Part shown: positions 11,582 to 23,700 of the stretch, piece after piece
Layout of the letters: every line of letters begins with the position of its first letter
How positions within the stretch are numbered: position 1 is the stretch's first letter
Source: Pseudovirgaria hyperparasitica
Taxonomy: Eukaryota
Assembly (NCBI GenBank): GCA_010093815.1
Contig: ML996574.1
Strand: one strand, 5' to 3'
DNA length: 64,000 bases
Notes under the pieces: model-generated
Database searches by the model: none
Told to the model about the DNA's origin: nothing
What the model saw: only the letters and a program-made list of their open reading frames with translations
Program-made: the position numbers and the translations under genes

Positions 11582-14374
11582 TCATTCGTAGAGATCCATC
11601 GGCGCGTCATCCACATCCTCAATCTCATGAATCGCATCTTCCTCGTCCCACATCTCACTATCCTCACTGTCTGAGTCTCCATGGTTTGGCTCGACGTAGA
11701 TATGTCCGTCATCCAATCTGACTCTCGCTGTTTCACCATCCTTTATACTGCCTCTCAAAATGAGTACGGCCATTCTGTTGAGGACTTCCTTCTCGATCAG
11801 TCGCGCAAGCGGACGAGCACCATAGGCAGGCGAGTAACCAGCAGAACCAAGGTAGTCTCGCACTTCGTCTGTGAGATCGATCTTGACATTGCGGCCATTG
11901 GAGTAAAGCCGCTTCTGTATCTCGCTCATGCGCACGTCGACGATCTTGCGAATCTCGCGTTTCGTAAGACGATTGAAGATGACTATCGAAGAAATTCGAT
12001 TGAGGAACTCGGGCAGAAAGTAGTTTCGGAGTGCGCCCATTACCATGTCCTTCGTGGTAGGATCGATCTTTCCGTCAGCTGCGTTCGGCCTTGAGAGATA
12101 TTCGGCACCGAGGTTGGACGTCATTACGACAATGCAATTTTTCGCATCGACCACACGACCTTGACCGTCAGTAATTCGACCGTCGTCCATGAGTTGTAGA
12201 AGAACAGTGAGAACTTCTTTTGCAGCTTTCTCGACCTCGTCAAATAGCAGAATAGAGAAGGGACGCCGGCGCAGAGCCTCAGTAAGTTGACCACCGGCAT
12301 CGTGGCCTACGTAGCCAGGGGGTGCACCAATCATACGGCTGAGTGAATGACGTTCTTGGTATTCGGACATATCGAACCGAATCATAGCTTTAGCGTCATC
12401 GAACAGGAACTCGGCCAAGGCTTTCGTGAGTAACGTCTTACCAGTTCCGGAAGGACCACAGAAGAGAAAACTTGGGGGTTGGTTTGGATTCGCAAGGCCA
12501 GAACGTTGTAGTCGGATTGCGTTCGACACAGATACAACAGCTTCTTTCTGGCCAACAACGATTTCTCCGAGATGTCTCTCCATCTTCAAGAGCTTGTCTT
12601 TCTCTGTTGTCCTTAGCCGCGTGACAGGGATACCTGTCCACCGAGCAACGATCTCATTGATCTGGTCTGGACCAACTGCATCAGTAATAAGTGCATCGCC
12701 AGGTTGTGACCCGCGACGGTTGTACATCTCCTCGTCTGATCTGGCTTTCTCGAGTTCAAGCGTTGCTATACGAGTTTCGACGTCCGGTATGGCGTAGTAC
12801 TTCAGGTCTGAAGCAGTTTGAATATCGCGAACACGCTCTGCTTCCGCGAGTTTGACTTTGAGTTGATCGAGCTTGATCTTGGCTTCTTGGATATCATGAC
12901 CACGTGCCTTCTCGCTCTCGTACTTTTCTCGAAGAGGCTTTAGCTCTTCTTCACAGTTGGCAGCCTCAGCCTTGGCTTCGCGCAGTCGGGTTTTGGCAGC
13001 CTCGTCCTTCTCATTCGAAAGAGCATGAATTTCAATTTGTAGTTGTTGAAGACGCCTCTCTAGATTATCGATAATTTCTGGCTGTGATTCTCGTGTGACA
13101 CGCACAGCTGCAGCAGCTTCATCTATCAGGTCCACGGCAGAGTCAGGGAGCCGTCTTTGAGTGAGATACCTGGCTGCAAGTGTGGCTGCTGCTACTATAG
13201 CACCGTCCTGAATGGTAACACCATGGTGGGTCTCGTACCGCTCCTTGAGACCACGAAGAATGGAGACGGTTTCCGGGATCGAAGGCTCTTTCACAATGAC
13301 CTGTTGAAATCGACGTTCGAATGCAGCATCCTTCTCGATGTACTTACGGTATTCCGAGAGTGTGGTGGCACCAATACAGTGCAGTTGACCCCGGGCAAGC
13401 ATGGGCTTGAGCAGATTTGCGGCATCCATACCACCCTCACCAGATGTACCAGCTCCCATGAGTAAGTGCACTTCGTCGATAAAAAGTACAATCATTTCCT
13501 TGGCGTCCTCTATTTCTTTCAGGACCCCTTTCATTCTTTCCTCGAATTCTCCTCGGTATTTGCTGCCAGCAACAAGACCACCAACATCGAGAGATAAGAG
13601 TCGACATGCGGCAAGATTGGCTGGGACGTCTGCGTTGACAATCCGTAAGGCGAGGCCTTCGATGACTGTGGTTTTGCCAACACCAGGCTCACCAATGAGG
13701 ACGGGATTGTTCTTTGTCCGTCGCGAAAGAATTCGAATGACTCTGCGCATCTCTTCCTCCCGACCTATGACCGGGTCAATCTTTCCTTCTCTTGCCATGG
13801 CAGTCATGTCTATTGTGAATTTCTTGAGGTTTTCGTTCTCTGCTTCATCGTCTGCGGTCTTGGAATCTACGCGCTTTGTACCCCGAATCTGTGTGATAGC
13901 TTCATCGATAAGCTTAGATTTCGGTACATTTGCTTCAGCCAGACATCGTTCTACGGTGGAATCATGAATGAGCGCTTGGATGAGATGATCTATAGCTATG
14001 TAGCTGTCTTTCTGAGTCTTAGAGAGGTCGTTTGCAGAACGCAGAAGCTTTGAGAATCCAGGTGATATTGAGACATGATCTGGAGGAGGTTCTTGGGCGG
14101 GTAACCGAACTAATGATTTCTTCAATGCTCGGTCGAGTAGTTGCGGGTCGCCATGGGCGCGCTCAACCACTTGTCTGAATAGCGGCGCTGCCGCTGCAGC
14201 ATGCGAGTCGTGTGTCTTCGTTTGCTGATCTTTTGACTGGTCGGGAGGAGGATCTATAAGGGATACGGCGAGGTGTAAAGGGACCAGTTGTGAGTGGGCA
14301 TATTGAGTAGCTAAATCTTGGGCATCAGCCAGGGCTTTCGAAGCCCTGTCTGTGAATTGCATGCCAGAAGTCAT
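11582..14374 (-). CDS. HSP104: Hsp104/Hsp98 ClpB-family AAA+ disaggregase
   Basis: Two NBDs (GEPGVGKT, GPSGTGKT), IDPVIGRE, RFDMSEYQERHS, coiled-coil M domain, acidic tail; likely start MTSGMQFTDR at 14374; intronless. Confidence 0.97.
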   Translation of the reverse strand: MTSGMQFTDRASKALADAQDLATQYAHSQLVPLHLAVSLIDPPPDQSKDQQTKTHDSHAAAAAPLFRQVVERAHGDPQLLDRALKKSLVRLPAQEPPPDHVSISPGFSKLLRSANDLSKTQKDSYIAIDHLIQALIHDSTVERCLAEANVPKSKLIDEAITQIRGTKRVDSKTADDEAENENLKKFTIDMTAMAREGKIDPVIGREEEMRRVIRILSRRTKNNPVLIGEPGVGKTTVIEGLALRIVNADVPANLAACRLLSLDVGGLVAGSKYRGEFEERMKGVLKEIEDAKEMIVLFIDEVHLLMGAGTSGEGGMDAANLLKPMLARGQLHCIGATTLSEYRKYIEKDAAFERRFQQVIVKEPSIPETVSILRGLKERYETHHGVTIQDGAIVAAATLAARYLTQRRLPDSAVDLIDEAAAAVRVTRESQPEIIDNLERRLQQLQIEIHALSNEKDEAAKTRLREAKAEAANCEEELKPLREKYESEKARGHDIQEAKIKLDQLKVKLAEAERVRDIQTASDLKYYAIPDVETRIATLELEKARSDEEMYNRRGSQPGDALITDAVGPDQINEIVARWTGIPVTRLRTTEKDKLLKMERHLGEIVVGQKEAVVSVSNAIRLQRSGLANPNQPPSFLFCGPSGTGKTLLTKALAEFLFDDAKAMIRFDMSEYQERHSLSRMIGAPPGYVGHDAGGQLTEALRRRPFSILLFDEVEKAAKEVLTVLLQLMDDGRITDGQGRVVDAKNCIVVMTSNLGAEYLSRPNAADGKIDPTTKDMVMGALRNYFLPEFLNRISSIVIFNRLTKREIRKIVDVRMSEIQKRLYSNGRNVKIDLTDEVRDYLGSAGYSPAYGARPLARLIEKEVLNRMAVLILRGSIKDGETARVRLDDGHIYVEPNHGDSDSEDSEMWDEEDAIHEIEDVDDAPMDLYE

Positions 14375-14540
14375 GATCGCAAGACAATATTGCAACACGA
14401 ACTTTGGAGCGTGAATATGTGTAGTATATCTAGAACCAAAACGCAAGAATGCAAACGTGCAGTGCGCGTGTGAATATATACTTTCCGGGACAACAAAGCA
14501 AGAAACTTGGTGAGGCTGCTACTCCCTGCTCGTGCAAGGT

Positions 14541-14575
14541 AGAAGGTTCTAGCTATGTCGGGAAGGTTCTGGAAC
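14541..14575. promoter_or_regulatory. Heat-shock elements upstream of HSP104
   Basis: Perfect gGAAggTTCtgGAAc at 14561-14575 and aGAAggTTC at 14541-49; TATATA at 14475-80 between them and the ATG. Confidence 0.85.
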
Positions 14576-15380
14576 ACCGCTCTGCATAACACAAGGCATG
14601 TACCTTCGTTGAGAGATCTAGCAGAGCATAAAGCTTCAAGACTTATTCCATTGCCTTGGATGAGAGTGACTACGATGCGATCCACACTCAAGAAATGAAC
14701 ATTATTCGTGATTTTGTTCAGAGACTCACCCTCCCGAGGTTTCCATACCTAGCCTGTTTACAGTTTAGCGGGAGAAAAGGTGGGGTATCTGATTGGGCAG
14801 CCTGGCTTCAGGGGATACGTCACTTGCTCGAGCCCCGCGTTTAAGGCTAAACGCTGCTATTCACTTCCACTTCCCTCGTTCGCAGTCTTTCGCATCGCTC
14901 TGGGGCGGAGAATTGGGTAGATACTTACTTGTACCTGTTGTAGGTACTCAGTTGCGACACTACGATATTTCACCAGCTATCCACTATGCATTCCATACGG
15001 CCCTCACTTGCCAATGTTCAACCAGTTTCAAAAGACCCGTAGCCCCTGAAATGCCCCTTACAACGAACCTCATACCAATACCTGTAGACCGAACCTAGCT
15101 GCACAACAGTAGAGCTTTGAATTGATCTGTGTTTATGTTCTGAACGATAATGAATACGACCGCTTCTCGTTCTCCCGACGATGTTACCCCGCATGACAAT
15201 GCTGCGCATGAATGCACCATTTCCCCGCAATCTGATGGACTAGTACCAGGGATCGGGATAGTAAAGCAGGCTGTTCCACAGAGGTCGACATCATATATAT
15301 ACAGGCAACAAGTTAGCACATACATCCTGGATATTTCGTGTACTCCTTTCGCTCTTTGTTCTAGAAACCTAACAACGACT

Positions 15381-17265
15381 ATGTTACTGCCAAACGCCGT
15401 AGCGGCTTTGATATTTGTCGGTTTAGCACTTTCTCTACTGTCAAACGCAACTATAAACTCATTGACTTCATCACAAACCACGATCGTACCATCTTCGACT
15501 AACATTGGAGCATCCATTACCACAAATGTGGAACTTTCCCTCGAAGGTAAGTCTCATATAATGGGGAGACGACGCCTCAAGAGCGAGAACATACATACCT
15601 GTATATCGCGTTGATGTATGCATACAGATGTTTGGAATGTTTTCGTTGGGCCAGTATCTGTGGCCGAGGTCAACACCACAGTTGCCCCAACGCCGGTACC
15701 CTCTTCAGAATTAGTCCCTCCACCACCACTATACTTCGCTCCTTTTCCAAGAGGCCAGCAGGTACCTTTGCAAACAAAGAACGAGAGTTGGTCTTTCCCG
15801 AGGGATTTCTGGTGGGGATTCGCTAGTGCTGCATATCAAGTTGAGGGCGCGGTCAAGGATGAAGGCAGGGGCCCTAGCATCTGGGACGTCTTGACCCATC
15901 GTGCCACAAATTTTGTGGTTAATAATGATACGGGAGATATTGCAAACAACCAGTACTATCTTTACAAGCAGGACATCGCCCGAATTGCAGCTGCTGGAAC
16001 CAAAGCTTACTCCTTCTCTATATCCTGGTCGCGTATTTTCCCATTTGGATCGGGCGCCGTCAACGAAGCCGGCTTACGCCACTACGACGATTTGATACAG
16101 ACATGTCATGACTATGGCGTTGAGCCAATCGTCACATTATACCACTGGGATCTTCCCATGATCCTTCAAAACAGTTATGGAGGCTGGCTCAGTGACAAAA
16201 TAGTCCCTGACTTCACCGAATACGCCCGCATCGCCTTCTCACGCTGGGGCGGCAAAGTACGAACATGGTTCACTATGAACGAGCCCCTTGTTTTCTGTGG
16301 AACGTACCCCTTACCCAATGGCTACTTCAAAAATACAAGCATTCCCACATGGCAACAGAAGTACTTTTGTGGCCACAATGTGCTTCTATCCCACGCAAGC
16401 GCATATCACGTCGGGAAAGCCTTGTATCCGAACATCTCCATCAGCATCAAGACAAACGGTGGCTACAAGGTCCCACTCACAAATTCTTCCGCCGATGCAG
16501 AGGCTGTGCAGCGCGCGTGGGACTTCAACGAAGGCTGGTTTGCCAACCCCCTGTTTATCAATGGCGACTATCCACAGTCGTACAAAGACTATGTCTCGGC
16601 TTTTCTCCCGGATTTCACACCTGAACAGTCTGCGTTGATCAACGACTCATGCGACATTTTCGCGCATGACGCTTACACATCGTCATTCTACTTCGCGCCT
16701 GACGCTGGCATCGACGGCTGCCTAGCAAACAGTTCCAACCCACTGTATCCTGGCTGCTTCAACAGCTCCAACACATACGCCACAGACGCTGGTGGATGGA
16801 ACATTGGCCCGGCAGCTGATCCTGGTGCACCGTGGCTGCACAAAGCGACGGATTGGGTACCCACATTTCTGCACTACATCCAAGATACATGGAAGCCGCG
16901 CGGTGGGATCGCAGTGTCGGAATTTGGCATGGCGGAGCCATTTGAGAGTCTGAAGACGATTCGAGCAGATATCCTAAGTGACCCAGTACGGAGCAGTTAC
17001 TATCGGGACTACATGCAGGCTATTTTAATTGCCATTAGTGAGGGAGTGAATGTGGTTGGGAGCTTAGCATGGAGTATTGTCGATAACTTGGAATGGAACC
17101 AAGGTTACTCTGTGAAGTTTGGGGTGCAAGTGAGTATGGGCTTACTGAGAGCTTGTCAGACCGCTGATCGATATAAAGTACGTGAATCTCACGACACAGG
17201 AACGATACTTCAAAGCCAGCTTTTTCGAGTATATCAATGCATTCAAGACATACCAGGAACAGTAG
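15381..17265 (+). CDS. Secreted glycoside hydrolase family 1 (beta-glucosidase-like); exons 15381-15546, 15628-17129, 17179-17265
   Basis: Hydrophobic signal MLLPNAVAALIFVGLALS; FWWGFASAAYQVEGA, FSISWSRIFP, TLYHWDLP, TMNEP (acid/base), VSEFG (nucleophile), DNLEW. Confidence 0.93.
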
Positions 17266-19110
17266 AATACCTTGAATATATCTCAACTGGTACACCAAGT
17301 AATGGTTTCCGAGCTGACTTTCTCATCTGAGTGCTTTCAAGACACATATTACACATGAATTCGGAACGTTGAAATATGCTCTGCTAAGTAAGTATCCACA
17401 CAGAAGTGCTGTTCCCATTCAGTATGCAAGATCTGAAAGCAGAAATAATTCTGAAATGCTCCCATGGTCGTATTTAAATGTGCACACCCAGATGGCAAGA
17501 GCTATTCATCCACTCAGAATGTTGTAACAGTAGACCTCATGGACTGTTTGAAGCAGATGGTAAGTCTGATTATCCCAGTGGGCGAAATTGGCCTCGACAA
17601 TTGGGCTCAAGCAGAAGAAGGATGAATAAAACTAACCAGCTATCAAGAGCATTCTGTTCCAAAGTTACGTCAAGGGACGACAATCTCTGAATAAGAGCTG
17701 TTGGAACAGCATTGACCATGTCGGGCGTGATATCCACCGCTACGCGGAGATGAAACTTGCGCAGCAGCGGTGCAATTAAGCAGTATTAGGTCCTCTAACA
17801 CGGATATGTCGTGGTTGATAAAGTTCAGGAATCCGTCATAGAAGACCATGAAATCAATCTGGAGAGCCTCCAGAATCATGATCTCTGCCTCATATAGCTG
17901 CAAGTTTCCAAGACCGAGCAATGCTCCCTGTTTTAGGGTAAGTCTCTGAATCAGATTGTCAGGGCTTCATAGGCGAGTTCTATTGAGTGGACTATATGCT
18001 GCCTGTCTCAGTAGAGAGTGTCGTAACTATGCAAGGCTTCTCCCTGAAGTTGATAAAGGTCTGACCTCAGTGATGGAAACCATGAGTCCCTAAAGGCTTA
18101 GCAGTACAACTATTGATCGGTATCGCTGGGACTCTGTAAACATATGGACATACCTATGTCCTTCTGCCTCCAATCAACATAAAAGACATCATATACCTCA
18201 GAGTCTTATGGATCGCCTATGCCCTAGATATACAACTACTGGATGAGTAAGTTTCCTCCACCACTATTAACCCCTGCGGAGAGCATGACTATTTGTGTAC
18301 ATAGAACTCATACTACGATCGAATCACCGTACACACGCCTGATTATCAACACATTGTTTCCACGGTTTACTATAATTACACAAGAATCTGACACCTTCCA
18401 GAAAACTACACCTTAAAAAAAGGCCGTTTATGTCATCTGTAAGATCATATGCGTTTGAGATGCTCTCCTCAGTCATTATTTTGCACCACTAACCAGACTT
18501 CTCAATCTCCGGGCTAGATTGAGTATGAAATCGTCGAAAAAAGCCTTGACGGCCTACTCTGCATGGCTCGTCAAAGCCAAAGGAGCTAATTCACGGGAAC
18601 CTCTCCCACATGGACCTTTAGAGTTGAGTTGACAAAGATGCAGAAGAATTGCATTCGTTTTTGGCCTACGAAACAGCCTTAATATCTGTCAGAAGAAGCT
18701 GGAGAGCGCGCTTAATGAAATGGAATGAAGGCTAGGTCATGGCTTGCCGCCTGGGAAGACCAATTCGCGCTTTTTGACGAGAATGAGTAAATGTCCTCAG
18801 TCGTAGAGGTCATCGTTGGTTAGCGTCTATATACAAGCGTGATAGACATCGTTGCAGTGTTGCAGTGATGACAATTGAGACGAGATAGAGTGGTATGACT
18901 ACATCCTGACTACTTTGAATGTGATAGCCCAAGAATGTGTTGAGACAAGCAAATCGTGACAGTATCAAAGCCTGTTAAGCATTCTGTGCTTCCTTGAATT
19001 GAACATTTTGGTGTTCATACGTGAACTGTGTAAATTCTTCGTGCCAGGCACATCAAAAGAGGAGGTTTATCTTGTCCTTATTGGTTGTTTCAGTCATTGC
19101 TATCAACACA

Positions 19111-20021
19111 TCATAATATTTTTGTCGAACCTCCGCTCGCAGAGATTACGCTGCCTGTGATCCACCGACTAGCTTCACTGGCTAGGAACCCCACCACGTT
19201 CGCTATATCGTCGGGTTCACCAATCCTCCGTGCTACGTTGATCTTCGCTGACTCGCGCGACAGTATTGAGTCGCGTAGACGTTTATCCATGTTTTTTACC
19301 AGCCCCGTGTCTGTCAGACCTGTGCTCACGCTGTTTACCGTCGTACCCTCCATACCCCTGCGAAGCCCTAGTTCCTCCGCAAGTGTACGCACAGCCGACT
19401 CCATTGCTGCCTTGGACGCGCTGTACATCAACCCGCCTGGCCGCGACAGACGGGCGGCTTCCGACGACATGAATATGATGCGACTGGAGGGCTGGAAGAA
19501 GGGAAGTAGACTCTGTACGATGCGTAGGGGTGTCTCCACGTTCGCGACGAGGTTGCGGTAGATGTGGTCCTCGTCCATGTCTTCGATCGTCTTGCGCTCC
19601 GCCAGTGAAGCATTTAGAACTAGTATATCAACGCGATTGTTGAACGAGACCTCGAGGAGGCCTGTGAGAGTGTGGCAGAAGCGCTCTGGATCCGTGAGGT
19701 GCGCGACGCATGCTTCGAGGAGTGGCGGCTTGAGATTACCGGTTGCGCGATAAGCGTTGAATATCGAGTCTTGTAGGGAGATGATATGCGCATTGTAGGT
19801 CACGTCGCACGAGCATGTACCAAGCACATGGCACCCACGCAAAGCAAGATTAAGCGCGATGGCACGGCCAATGCCTCGTGAGGCTCCACTGGGTTGAAGG
19901 TCAGTATGAAAGCTTTACATGCTATGCGGCGTAGGTGACAGTGTTGTGCGTACGTGACGACGGCAGTCTTGCCGACTAAGTCCTGTGTGAGCACTTTCAC
20001 CACAGCTGGCCCAGTCTCCAT
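19111..20021 (-). CDS. Short-chain dehydrogenase/reductase (classical SDR); exons 20021-19954, 19888-19111
   Basis: Spliced GKTAVVT|GASRGIG (TGxxxGIG), DILVLNA, YSASK (YxxxK), WITGSVISASGG; exact start uncertain. Confidence 0.88.
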
Positions 20022-20760
20022 GCTTTGCCAAAGCGGAAGCCTCGGACCTCGTGGGAATAGCGATTCTCTTCGAGTGTTGTTCAACTTTCTTGTTGATCGG
20101 TACCTGCAGTTGTAACCTCTGATCCAGCATGATTAGCAGCAGCGAGACCTCTCAGGCGATACAACCAGCGGCTATTCGGACGTTGGAAACCCGCAGCGAG
20201 CTTCTTGGCTAGTGCATGATGGAATTGGATGGCTTGTGAGAGCGCGCAGGGCTGATCGGCATGAAAGCTGGAAGTCTACGTCGCAAGTGTATACTAAGTT
20301 AATATTAAAAATAATGTAGCTCTTTTTTGGGTGTGATGCTTTGTACGCCGACAGTTCTGAACAACTCCTGCATCGAAGCTCCAAATCTAATCTAGGGCTG
20401 ATCTAATTCAAGAACCTTATGCTGGGGTTCCCGGCAGGATTGCTGCAGCGAGCTTCACGCCTAAAATTCTCTCTCACGTGCAGCCTTTACTTGATGGAGT
20501 GGGCATGCTAGGCTCTAGAGAGTTAGTGGGGGCTAAGACAGCTGCTGCGACGTGTGTCCCGTTCAACACGATACTCCTATACTGTGTCTCGGCGTCTCGC
20601 ATTCAACTCTGCATCCTCCACAAACATCTCCATCTCCCTCCGCTTTTGTTGGCGTTGGTCCTTTTACTTCTTCTAATACGTGGACGCAGTTCTTCTTCAA
20701 CCTCTAATACCTTGAATTCTGTCCTCTGATTGATGCCGACCCGGCCGCAGCTGCGCAACC

Positions 20761-23700
20761 ATGGCTCAACGGCTACCCATAAAGTTTACTGAGCTCCTGT
20801 CGGTGAGCATATTTGGTCGCGGCTCTTCAATTGATGTATGCTAACTTGGTATACCTGTAGCTACCTAGTCTTGATGTCCCTGTACGTTATTTCTCACCGG
20901 GCGAGCTCGAAAAAAGTTGCGCTGCGTCTGCCTGATGGAAAGCTAACACGTCAACAGCAAAGTGCCATAGGTTTCAATTCTTGCGTAAGTCAACAAACAT
21001 CACATCTCGCATCAGGAGGAGTCTCTAAACACTCCGATAGACATTAGAATCGGATCACTTCATTTGTGTGCGACAACAGGCCGATGCGAGTGCCTCTCCC
21101 GAAGTCGTCATTATCGAACTGAAAAATGGCAACAATATCGTCCGAAGGCCCATCAAGGCTGACAGTGCCATCATGCACTGGAATCGCAAGATCATCGCCC
21201 TGAAAGCCCAGCAGCGGACGCTTCAAATATTCGATCTGGACGCGAAGCAAAAGCTGAAATCTGCTACCATGACTGAAGACGTGGTCTTTTGGAAATGGTT
21301 CAGCCCCAGTAGCTTAGGCTTGGTTACGGATACTAGTGTATACCATTGGGATATTTTTGATGCCAACCAAGCTGCGCCACAGAAAGTCTTCGAGCGCAAT
21401 CAAAACCTCAGCGGTTGTCAAATTATCAACTACCGTGTCAGCGATGACGGCGAATGGATGGTGGTCGTTGGTATTTCGCAACAGCAGGGACGAGTGGTGG
21501 GTGCTATGCAGCTATACTCAAGAGCGCGAGGAATCAGCCAGGCTATCGAGGGTCACGCTGCGGCATTCGGTACTCTCCGTCTGGAGGGCGCTCCCGCAGA
21601 CACAAAACTTTTCACCTTCGGCGTGCGAACGGCCACCGGCGCCAAGTTACACATTGTTGAGGTCGACCACAATGCCTCAAACCCCCAATTCACCAAACGC
21701 AATGTGGATGTCTATTTCCCTCCTGAGGCTACAAATGACTTCCCAGTCGCAATGCAGGTTTCGCAAAAATACAGCATCATCTACTTAGTGACAAAGTATG
21801 GATTTATCCACCTGTACGACCTGGAGACCGGTACATGCATCTTCATGAACCGCATTTCGAGCGACACGATCTTCGTCACATCTCCCGACGAGGAGTCAAC
21901 AGGAATTGTGGGTGTGAACCGCAAGGGTCAAGTCCTCCAGGTTAGCGTGGACGAGGCCAATATAATCCCATACCTGCGACAGAACCCTGCGAATTCCGAA
22001 TTAGCGTACAAACTTGCTTCAAGAGGAGGACTTCCAGGCGCAGACAACCTATATGAAGAGCGTTTCCAAAACCTGTTGAACCAGCAACAGTTCGGCGAGG
22101 CAGCGAAGGTAGCCGCCAATTCCCCGAGGGGATTTCTTCGCACTGCTCAGACTATCGAACGGTTCAAGTCTATTCCTGCGCAAGGCGGCCAGCTCTCTGT
22201 CATCCTGCAATACTTTGGTATGCTATTAGACAAAGGTTCTTTGAATAAATATGAGACACTGGAATTGGCAAAGCCTGTCCTTGCACAAAATCGTAAGCAT
22301 TTGATCGAGAAATGGCTCAAAGAAAACAAGCTGGACTGCTCAGAGGAGCTGGGTGATATTGTGCGACTTCACGACCTCAGTATTGCTCTGCAAATCTATC
22401 AGAAGGCTGGTGTACAAAACAAGGTTGTGGCTGCTATGACGGAACTTGGACAATTCGATCAAATTCTGGCGTATTGTGGCGAAACAGGATATCAAGCCGA
22501 TTTCACAGTCCTGCTGCAAAATATCGTCCGCCTCAACCCTGACAAGGCTGTGGAGTTTGCGACTGGCCTAGCAAAGAACCCCAATGGCCCACTAGTCGAT
22601 CTCGACCGTGTGGTAGACATTTTCCAATCCCAGGGCATGATTCAGGGCGCTACAGGTTTCTTGCTCGATGTCCTCTCGAACAATCAGCCTGAGCAAGCAA
22701 ATCTCCAGACTAAATTGCTGGAGATGAATCTGTTGAACGCACCGCAAGTCGCCGATGCCATCTTGGGCAATGAGATGTTTAGCTACTATGATAAGCCAAG
22801 AATCGCACAATTGTGTGAGAATGCGGGACTACTCACTCGTGCTTTGGAGCATACTGAGGACCCGGCCGTCATTAAGCGCATCATCGTTCGAACCGATCAG
22901 ATTCCCGAGGAGTGGCTTATCAACTACTTCAGCAAACTTACTCCAGAGCTTTCTTTGGAGTGTATGGATGAGATGTTGAAAGTCAACATCCGCCAAACCT
23001 TGCAGGCTGTAGTTCGAATCGCCCAAAAGTATTCCGATATTCTGGGACCCCAGAACATCATCAACATGCTCGAGAAGTATAAGACTGCCGAGGGCTTGTA
23101 CTTCTACCTTGGTGCCATTGTGAATCTTAGCGAGGACGAAGATGTGACGTTCAAGTACATTGAGGCTGCTACGAGGATTGGTCAGCTCAACGAAGTGGAG
23201 CGCATCTGTCGCGAGAGTCAATACATCAATGGTGAAAAAGTGAAGAACTTCCTCAAAGAAGCCGAGCTCACCGAGCAGTTGCCACTGATCATCGTTTGCG
23301 ACCGATTCAACTTCATCCACGATCTCGTTTTGCACTTGTACAAGAAGCAACAATTCAAGTCGATCGAGGTATACGTTCAACGTGTCAATCCCTCTAGGAC
23401 ACCAGCTGTTATCGGTGGTCTCTTGGATGTGGATTGTGATGAGAGCATCATTAAAAATCTGCTGACCTCGGTGAACGCTGCGTCTGTTCCCATAGACGAG
23501 CTTGTTGCAGAAGTAGAGTCGCGCAATCGGTTGAAGCTCCTTCTACCGTTCCTAGAAGCAACTTTGGCTAGTGGCAACACTCAACAGGCTGTGTACAATG
23601 CGTTGGCTAAGATCTACATTGACTCGAACAACAACCCCGAAGCTTTCTTGAAGTCTAACGATCTATATGATACCCTTGTTGTCGGTAAATATTGTGAGAA

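Noticed and set aside
14375..14446. N-terminal extensions in the ORF track from TTG/GTG or upstream starts (HSP104; likewise GH10, GH92 and the amidase)
   Set aside because: Downstream ATGs give the family-typical N-termini or signal peptides.
17340..19080. Protein-like fragments (e.g. ~18530-18790) and short ORFs
   Set aside because: Interrupted by stops with no identifiable family; may be a pseudogene but cannot be supported.
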